This document shows, piece after piece, positions 57,975 to 64,000 of a DNA stretch of 64,000 nucleotides (positions are counted from its first letter, which is position 1; the number at the start of each line of letters is the position of its first letter). The stretch comes from Candidatus Omnitrophota bacterium (lineage in GTDB: Bacteria > Omnitrophota > Omnitrophia > Omnitrophales > Aquincolibacteriaceae): contig JAKLIQ010000001.1 in the NCBI GenBank assembly GCA_022709525.1, forward strand, positions 146,679 to 210,678, in the 5' to 3' direction. The notes beneath the pieces are model-generated. The model did no database searches, was not told the origin of the DNA, and worked only from the letters and a program-made list of their open reading frames with translations. Made by a program: the position numbers and the translations under genes.

Positions 57975-59561
57975 ATGGACTATCCGGAAGGGGAATTTGT
58001 CATTTCGACGAGCCGCGTCCTGCCCGCCAAGCGCTGGCAGGTCCTGCGTCTTTTTACCAAGGTCGAAGACTATCCGGGCTATCTTCCGGAGATCAAGGAA
58101 TGCCGCGTCCTCTCCCGGAGCCGCACTGAAGCCGTGACCCTCTGGAAGGTCGAGATGGGAAAAGTGCCCATCTCCTGGCAGGAAAAGGACACCCTCGACA
58201 TCCACCAAAGCAATATCGACCTGCGCCGCGCCGCGATCCGCTTCAAGGCGATCGACGGCGATCTGGAAAAATTCGAGGGGTACTGGGCTTTCCAGGAACA
58301 TAAGCTGGGCGGCACGGAGGTTTTCTTCAAAGCGGCGATCAAGATCGGGATCCCGATCCTTGAGCAGGCGATGGGCGGCTTCTTGTCCGAAAAGATCCTG
58401 CATTATTTCGAGCGGCTGCTGACGGTTTTTGAGGAGATCCTTACCGCGCAGAATTACGAACAGCGGGGCGCGCGTCATGTCCACCCGGTGGGCGGGTTCG
58501 GCGTGATCGGCCACCCCTATAATTACCAGCATCTGATCCATTATTTCCAGTCCTCTAAAAAGGACATGCACCTTCCGTCCCCGGAATTCCTGACGAAACT
58601 TTTTGAGCTGACACCCTCCTATGTCTCCTACGACATCAACGAGTTCCACGCCAGGAGCGGCAAATCAACCTACGGTTCTTTTATCGCCTGCAACATCATC
58701 CCGGAAATGCTTACGGCGGATATCAGCAAGGTGATCGACAAAGTGGTTGAATCCTGCAAGGTCGCCGAAAAACTCGGCCTCGGCATTGTGGCCCTCGGCG
58801 GTTTTACCTCGATCGCGGGCGAACGGGGCGGCGACGAATTCTTAAAACGTATCCATGTCCCGGTCACGACGGGCAATACGCTGACGGCCGCACTGGCCGT
58901 CGAAGGAGTCCTTAAGGCGGCCGAACTCCGGGAGTTGGATCTTTCGAAAGCCAAAGTCGCCGTGATCGGCGGGGCGGGGGATATCGGAAGTGCCTGTGTG
59001 AGGGCCCTCGCCGAAAAAACCGCGGAGATCATCGTCACAAGCCGAAGCGACGAAAATCTGGCGCGGGTCCGGAAAATGCTGGAGGGCTACCCGGCCAAAT
59101 TCTCCGGGATGAAGGACAACAACGAAGCGGTCCGGGACGCGGATATCGTGATCGCCGCGGCAAGCGTGGCGCATTCGATCGTGGATATCGCCAATTTTAA
59201 ATCCGGCGCCATCATTTGTGATATCGGTTACCCCAAAAATATCGCTTATAGCGACACCGACCGCCGGGACATCCTGATTTTCGCCGGCGGGATCTGTTCG
59301 CTCCCTCAGGAATTCAATGCCGGTTTTGACATCGGCCTTCCGTCCCCGAAGGTGCTTTACGGCTGTTTTTCGGAGGCGATCGTGCTCGCCCTTGAAGAAC
59401 GTTATGAGAATTTTTCGTGGGGCAAGGGGCATATCACCAAAGAGAAAATGGCCGAGATCCTTAAGCTGGCGCGCAAGCACGGATTCGAGCTCGCGCCTTT
59501 TTTCTGGGGCCGCCGCTTGGTAACAGATGAAGAAGTGCGGGGAATTAGAATCAAGACATGA
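57975..59561 (+). CDS. SRPBCC (START/Bet v1-like) domain fused to acyl-ACP reductase (AAR-like, fatty-aldehyde-forming) domain
   Basis: N-terminal ~150 aa have a polyketide-cyclase/SRPBCC pattern. C-terminal ~370 aa align with the cyanobacterial acyl-ACP reductase motif by motif: GFGVIGHPYNYQHL, IVALGGFTSIAGERG, TGNTLTAALAV...KVAVIGGAGDIGSACVRAL, ICDIGYPKNI and ENFSWGKGHITKEKMAEILKLARKHGFE. Confidence 0.6.
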   Translation: MDYPEGEFVISTSRVLPAKRWQVLRLFTKVEDYPGYLPEIKECRVLSRSRTEAVTLWKVEMGKVPISWQEKDTLDIHQSNIDLRRAAIRFKAIDGDLEKFEGYWAFQEHKLGGTEVFFKAAIKIGIPILEQAMGGFLSEKILHYFERLLTVFEEILTAQNYEQRGARHVHPVGGFGVIGHPYNYQHLIHYFQSSKKDMHLPSPEFLTKLFELTPSYVSYDINEFHARSGKSTYGSFIACNIIPEMLTADISKVIDKVVESCKVAEKLGLGIVALGGFTSIAGERGGDEFLKRIHVPVTTGNTLTAALAVEGVLKAAELRELDLSKAKVAVIGGAGDIGSACVRALAEKTAEIIVTSRSDENLARVRKMLEGYPAKFSGMKDNNEAVRDADIVIAAASVAHSIVDIANFKSGAIICDIGYPKNIAYSDTDRRDILIFAGGICSLPQEFNAGFDIGLPSPKVLYGCFSEAIVLALEERYENFSWGKGHITKEKMAEILKLARKHGFELAPFFWGRRLVTDEEVRGIRIKT

Positions 59562-59664
59562 GACGAGAGACCGCAGACCACAGACTAGAAACTTCGGGGT
59601 TCCGATGGCGCTTTTCTTTTTGCTCCAGTCTCAAGTCCCCAGTCTTCGGTCCTCGTAGGTTCCT

Positions 59665-61968
59665 ATGACGACACTGATCCGCGCGTTTGAGTTCAACGGA
59701 TACGCCGTTCCCGTGCTGGCGGTCGGGATCCTGATGCTTCTGATCGGGATCTTTATTTTTCTCCAGAACAAGCGCTCCCGCGTCAATTTTTCGTTCTTCC
59801 TGATCGGCTTTTGCGGTTTTCTCTGGTTCCTCGGGATCGCCGGTACTTACGCGGCCAGCACGCCCGAAACCGCGCTTTTCATGTACCGGACCGTAACATT
59901 CCTGGGCGTCGCGCTGATCGCGCCCTGCACCCATTATTTTTCCGCGACATGGCTCGGCCTTTTCAAGAAACAAAAGCTTGCGATCCGCACGGGGCTTTTC
60001 TTCGGCGCGGCTTTTTACATCGTCGGGCTTTTTTCCCCACGAAGTTTCACGGGCGTCTACCATTATTTTTGGGGTTATTACCCGATGTACGGCCCGCTCA
60101 ACCGTTATTTCCTGGGGCTTTTTTTTCTGGTCCTTGCATGCGCATTCTTTAATTTCTTCAGCGCTCTCCTGAAAGAGCCTAAGGGGGTCCGGCGGACGCA
60201 GATCGGCCTTATCACGCTCGGTTTTCTCGTGGCGTTCCTGGGATCGTTCGATTATCTTCCGAAGTTCGTTTATTACCCCGTCCTACCGCTCGGTTTTCTG
60301 GCTGTTTTTTTCTGGATCCTTGTGGTCGCCTACGCGATCATCCGCTACAAAGCGATGGATATCGAAACGGTCATCCACAAAACCCTCATGTGGCTGGCCA
60401 CGACCGTCGTGGCGGTCATTCCGTTCGCGGCATTCATCTACTGGACCCAGCGCCTCCGCGATCCTTTGTCGGCTTGGGGCGCGACCGTCTATTACCTCGC
60501 CGTCGCGGTGGCTTTTTATTTCTATTTTCAGGCCATTCAGCCCCGTCTGGACTATCTTTTCCAGCGTCAGAGACGGAACCTTTTCGCGGTCATGGAGAAA
60601 TTTTCCCAGGAACTTGTCCACCTGAAAAGCCTCCGCGACCTGTTGCAGGGGTTCGCGCGCATGCTCCGCCGCCAGCTTTTTGTCCGCCGTCTTTCGGTTT
60701 TTTTGCTGGATGAAAAAAACAACGAATACATTCCCGCCATCGCCAAAGGGTTGCGCAGCCTTAAGCCTTTCCCTCAAAATCACCCGTTTTTAGCCTGGCT
60801 TGAGGAAAAAGATAGAGTCGTCATGAGCCACCTCGTCGGCGCGGACCCCGAGGTCGAAACCTTCAGGGCCGAGATCGAGCAGTTCTTCCGCCAGACGCAG
60901 GGATCCGTGGCCGTGCCGCTTGTCCTGGGCGGTAAGATGATCGGCGTGGTGAGTCTCGGCCGGAAAACCAACCTGAAGCCCTACCGCTCGGCCGAGATCC
61001 AGTTCCTGGCGCAACTCAAGATCCCGGTCACGATCGCCTTCTCGAATTCCATGCGGTATGAGAATATCAGCGAACTTTATACGCAAGTCCGCAAAATGAG
61101 CGAGGAACTCAAGCGGTGGAATGTGGAGCTGGAAAAGCGCGTCGTGGACCGGACGCGGGAACTCGTCAAGACACAGGAGCAGTTGACGCAGGCCGAGAAG
61201 CTCGCGACCTTGGGCACGCTCGCCGGCGGCGTGGCGCATGAGATCAATAACCCGCTCACCGCGGTCCTCACGAACGCCCAGATCCTCAAGATGACGGCCA
61301 CCGGGGATGTCAAAGAATCGCTCGATCTGATCGAGGAGGGCGCGAAGCGGTGCCAGGGGATCGTGCAGAAGCTCATGAAATACGCGCGCAAGACGGCAGA
61401 GGAAACGCCGCATAAGGATGTCGATCTGCGCGAGGTGATCCTGGGGACTTGCGCGCTTTTAAGCTTCCAGTTCCAGCAGGAAAATATCGAGGTCGAGTTG
61501 AAGCTCGCGGAAGTGCCGCCCGTCCAGGGGATCGCGGGTGAGCTTGAGCAAGTACTGATGAATCTTCTTGTGAACGCCCGTGATGCGATACAAGAGGGAA
61601 AGGTAAAAGGCAAGCCCAATTCTCTATTAAAAGATTCAAAGGTCAATTGGACTAGCCCTGGCAACCTTCGAGGAGAAGAAAATAGATGCCAGGGCAAGAT
61701 CACGGTTGAAACGCGCAAAACCCCGGCCGCGGTCGAACTTTCCGTCACTGATAACGGGATCGGGATCTCCAAAGAGCATCAGAAAAAGATCTTTGACCCC
61801 TTCTTCACCACCAAAGATGTCGGTTCAGGGACCGGCTTGGGTCTCGCCGTCAGTTTCGGTATTCTCAAGCGTCACAACGCCACGATCAGCGTTGCTTCGG
61901 CCCCCGGCAAGGGCGCGGCGTTCACCGTCAGCTTCCCATTGAGCCACACTCACAAAACCAAACCATGA
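59665..61968 (+). CDS. sensor histidine kinase (multi-TM N-terminal sensor, GAF-like, HisKA, HATPase_c) with ~30-aa insertion in the ATP-lid region
   Basis: About 7 TM helices. H-box (AHEINNPLTAV), N-box (LVNARDA), G1 (DNGIGI) and G2 (GTGLGLAV). Between the N-box and G1 there is an extra segment (KVKGKPNSLLKDSKVNWTSPGNLRGEENRCQ), AT-rich at the DNA level, containing a 9-bp inverted repeat. Confidence 0.8.
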   Translation: MTTLIRAFEFNGYAVPVLAVGILMLLIGIFIFLQNKRSRVNFSFFLIGFCGFLWFLGIAGTYAASTPETALFMYRTVTFLGVALIAPCTHYFSATWLGLFKKQKLAIRTGLFFGAAFYIVGLFSPRSFTGVYHYFWGYYPMYGPLNRYFLGLFFLVLACAFFNFFSALLKEPKGVRRTQIGLITLGFLVAFLGSFDYLPKFVYYPVLPLGFLAVFFWILVVAYAIIRYKAMDIETVIHKTLMWLATTVVAVIPFAAFIYWTQRLRDPLSAWGATVYYLAVAVAFYFYFQAIQPRLDYLFQRQRRNLFAVMEKFSQELVHLKSLRDLLQGFARMLRRQLFVRRLSVFLLDEKNNEYIPAIAKGLRSLKPFPQNHPFLAWLEEKDRVVMSHLVGADPEVETFRAEIEQFFRQTQGSVAVPLVLGGKMIGVVSLGRKTNLKPYRSAEIQFLAQLKIPVTIAFSNSMRYENISELYTQVRKMSEELKRWNVELEKRVVDRTRELVKTQEQLTQAEKLATLGTLAGGVAHEINNPLTAVLTNAQILKMTATGDVKESLDLIEEGAKRCQGIVQKLMKYARKTAEETPHKDVDLREVILGTCALLSFQFQQENIEVELKLAEVPPVQGIAGELEQVLMNLLVNARDAIQEGKVKGKPNSLLKDSKVNWTSPGNLRGEENRCQGKITVETRKTPAAVELSVTDNGIGISKEHQKKIFDPFFTTKDVGSGTGLGLAVSFGILKRHNATISVASAPGKGAAFTVSFPLSHTHKTKP

Positions 61969-63422
61969 ACCCCTATAATTTTTCTGTTCTCTGCTTTGGA
62001 TTTTGTTCCCTTCTTTTAGGGTTTTTTGTGTGGTGGAAGCGGCAAGACAGGATCGGAAAATTATATTTCATATTGTCCTTATGTTATGCGGGCTGGGCCT
62101 TACCGTTTTCCATTAAAATAAGCGATAACATTTCCTACTATGCGGCGCTTCATGCGGCCAGGATCGCAAATTGCGCCGCAGCATTTATTCCCGCTGCCTG
62201 GTTCCATTTTTGCGTGGTTTATACCGAAAAAGAAAAAATTCTGCATAAACTGATCCGGATCTTTTATCTCATACCTTTTCTCATCCTCGCTGTTTCTTAT
62301 ACGCCCTGGTTTGTACCAAGCCTAAGGCCGATCCTTAGCTTTAGACATTATGCGACACCCGGCATTTTTTATTATCTGATGACGTTTAATTATTTCTTGA
62401 TCACTCCTCTGGGTTTTTGGCTTCTGGTAAGAAGAATCAGAGAAGTATCGGGGAACGAAAAAGGGCAGATCCTGGGGCTTTTTTGGGCGGCTTTCGCCGG
62501 CTATTTAGGAGGAGCGACGACTTTTTTGCCGATCTACGGAATAGCGTTTCCTCAAGAGGGTATGTTCCTTCTTCCGCTCTATCCCTTCGCGCTGGCTTAT
62601 TTCATGACCAAGCAAAAACTTTTTGATGTCGAGGAGTTCGCCCAAGCGGCGCACCGGGACAAGCTCACGGCGATCGGGGTCCTGGCGGCCAGTATCAATC
62701 ATGAGGTCAAAAACCCCTTATTCATTATCAAAGGCCTTGCGGAAAGCTGCCTGGAGCGTCAGAGAGAAGGAGTTTTTCCGACCAAAGAAAAAGCCCTTGA
62801 TGGCGCCAATGAAGCGTTCAAACGGACCATGGAACAGGCCGATCGGGCCATGGATATTATTAAGCGCCTGTCACTTTTTGCGAAAGCGGGGATCGAAAGC
62901 GAGATCAAACTCGAACCGGTTAAAGTTTCGGCGGTTTTAGAAGACATCCTTCCGCTCCTCCGCTATGAGCTTGCCGCTCATGGCATTACCCTTATCCGGG
63001 ACCTCCCTCCCAACCTCCCCGAAGTCCAGGCCGACCGGAGATACCTTGAAGAGATCTTTTTTAATTTGATCTTCAACGCCTGTCAGGCGTTAAAAGACGC
63101 AAACAAACCAGGCGAGATCATTATTAGGGCAGTCGCGAGCAACGCACCCCGTACACACCCGGTGTGTACATTGGTGGACACACCGGGTGTGTACAAGGGT
63201 TCGGTCGTTATTGAAATCTCTGACAACGGCCCAGGGATCCCGGGAGATAAGCTTAAAGACGTCTTCCGTCCTTTCTATACCACCAAAGCCGAAGGCACCG
63301 GTCTGGGCCTCTACATCACCCAGCAGCTGGTCGAAAAGATCAAAGGACGTATTTCCGTTAGTTCCGAGGCCGGTAAAAATACAACCTTTACAGTTTCGCT
63401 TCCTTCGAGCCCCAAGACATGA
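61965..63422 (+). CDS. sensor histidine kinase paralog 2 (7TM sensor, HisKA, HATPase_c) carrying an in-frame palindromic element
   Basis: ATGA overlap with the upstream kinase. H-box (INHEVKNPLFII), N-box (IFNACQA), G1 (DNGPGI) and G2 (GTGLGLYI). The palindromic repeat at 63151-63194 encodes RTHPVCTLVDTPGVY in the ATP-lid region. The 5' part is AT-rich. Confidence 0.8.
   Translation: MNPYNFSVLCFGFCSLLLGFFVWWKRQDRIGKLYFILSLCYAGWALPFSIKISDNISYYAALHAARIANCAAAFIPAAWFHFCVVYTEKEKILHKLIRIFYLIPFLILAVSYTPWFVPSLRPILSFRHYATPGIFYYLMTFNYFLITPLGFWLLVRRIREVSGNEKGQILGLFWAAFAGYLGGATTFLPIYGIAFPQEGMFLLPLYPFALAYFMTKQKLFDVEEFAQAAHRDKLTAIGVLAASINHEVKNPLFIIKGLAESCLERQREGVFPTKEKALDGANEAFKRTMEQADRAMDIIKRLSLFAKAGIESEIKLEPVKVSAVLEDILPLLRYELAAHGITLIRDLPPNLPEVQADRRYLEEIFFNLIFNACQALKDANKPGEIIIRAVASNAPRTHPVCTLVDTPGVYKGSVVIEISDNGPGIPGDKLKDVFRPFYTTKAEGTGLGLYITQQLVEKIKGRISVSSEAGKNTTFTVSLPSSPKT
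63151..63194. repeat. palindromic element (RPE-like), intragenic in-frame copy
   Basis: gtacacacccggtgtgtaca-ttggtg-gacacaccgggtgtgtac. It shares the 17-nt core cacacccggtgtgtaca and its reverse complement with the intergenic copy at 20228-20265. Confidence 0.65.
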
Positions 63423-64000
63423 ATCCGTATAATTTTTGTCTGCTCTGTTTTGGATTTTGTACAATTTTTATTGGTGTGCTAATTTTTTTGAAGAGGAATG
63501 ATCAAGTCGGCAAATCTTATCTTGTTTTCTCTTTATTTTGTTCAGGTTGGGCTTTAGCAATAGCCATTAATTTTAACGAAAACGCTTCTAATAATTTAGT
63601 GCTTTTTTCAGCAAGACTGGGCAACATTTTTTCGCTTTTTATACCCGTCTCATGGTATTGCTTTATTTTGACCCTTGTTGGTAGACAGGATGCCGTCAAG
63701 CAACGGGTTAAAAAGTCGTATCGTTTTATTTTTATTGCTGCTCTCTTTGGTTTTACACCTTGGTTTATTCCACGCACTGAGTGGATCGTGGGTTTTCGTT
63801 GCATGAAACCAGGGCCAATTTACCATTTGTCTCCATTGTTATTTTTTTCTTTAGTACCTCTAGCTTTTATTGAGCTTTTTAAAAAAATCAGAACAGCTGA
63901 AAAACAAGAACAAAAACAGCTAATAGGGTTTGCTATAGCCACTGGTGTTGGATTTTTAGGAGGCGCTCTTACCTATTTTCCTGTCTACGGCATTCCCTTA
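63419..64000 (+). CDS. sensor histidine kinase paralog 3 (N-terminal 7TM region only; runs off the window)
   Basis: ATG at 63419 overlaps the upstream stop (ATGA). The N-terminus MNPYNFCLLCFGFCTIFIGVLIFLKRNDQVGKSY is clearly paralogous to MNPYNFSVLCFGFCSLLLGFFVWWKRQDRIGKLY of paralog 2. Markedly AT-rich. Absent from the ORF track because there is no stop within the window. Confidence 0.7.
   Translation, partial: MNPYNFCLLCFGFCTIFIGVLIFLKRNDQVGKSYLVFSLFCSGWALAIAINFNENASNNLVLFSARLGNIFSLFIPVSWYCFILTLVGRQDAVKQRVKKSYRFIFIAALFGFTPWFIPRTEWIVGFRCMKPGPIYHLSPLLFFSLVPLAFIELFKKIRTAEKQEQKQLIGFAIATGVGFLGGALTYFPVYGIPL

Overview
This 64-kb window reads as a chromosomal segment of a diderm bacterium of moderate GC content. 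Gene density is high, long same-strand operons are common, and many genes overlap by ATGA or TGATG. From 5' to 3' the window holds five blocks. (1) Positions 1-9.4 kb are an accessory stretch: a B12-binding radical SAM gene, a BrnT/BrnA toxin-antitoxin pair, an AOX-like diiron protein, an SplB-like radical SAM gene, rlmH, a ROK kinase, tRNA-Phe and tRNA-Arg, and a ydbH-ynbE-ydbL-like operon. (2) Positions 9.5-10.2 kb are a tRNA cluster (Lys, Leu, Gly) with conserved double-hairpin trailers and a partial duplicate of the tRNA-Leu 3' end; tRNA-Phe (block 1) carries a similar partial 3'-end duplicate. (3) Positions 10.2-25.6 kb are a housekeeping run: tig, clpP, serC-like, serA, purA, uppS-cdsA-dxr-rseP, proS, dinB, leuCD. 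(4) Positions 25.8-42.2 kb are a complete type IV pilus / T2SS-like assembly locus: an unknown coiled-coil protein, a PilM-PilN fusion, PilO, PilP, secretin, ATPase, platform protein, three tandem prepilins, three pseudopilins and a 1333-aa PilX_N-anchored Cys-rich protein. The pilin part of the locus is visibly AT-richer than its surroundings. (5) Positions 42.3-64 kb hold a two-receiver response regulator, a four-helix-bundle gene flanked by inverted repeats, a secreted glycoside-hydrolase-like protein, an XRE-cupin regulator, a TolC-MFP-RND-RND efflux locus, an SRPBCC::acyl-ACP-reductase (AAR-like) fusion, and three tandem paralogous 7TM sensor kinases with AT-rich 5' regions. The most unusual signals are non-coding. 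One is a ~300-nt element present in two ~85 %-identical copies (4701-5004 and 23173-23472) whose differences are compensatory within at least three predicted stems. Another is a 38-44-nt perfect palindromic element found once between rseP and proS and once inserted in frame in the ATP-lid region of a histidine kinase, behaviour like that of Rickettsia palindromic elements; a neighbouring paralogous kinase carries a different palindromic in-frame insertion at the homologous site. The third is the conserved double-hairpin trailers and partial 3'-tRNA duplications in the tRNA cluster. No CRISPR array, rRNA or recognisable transposase/integrase ORF was seen.
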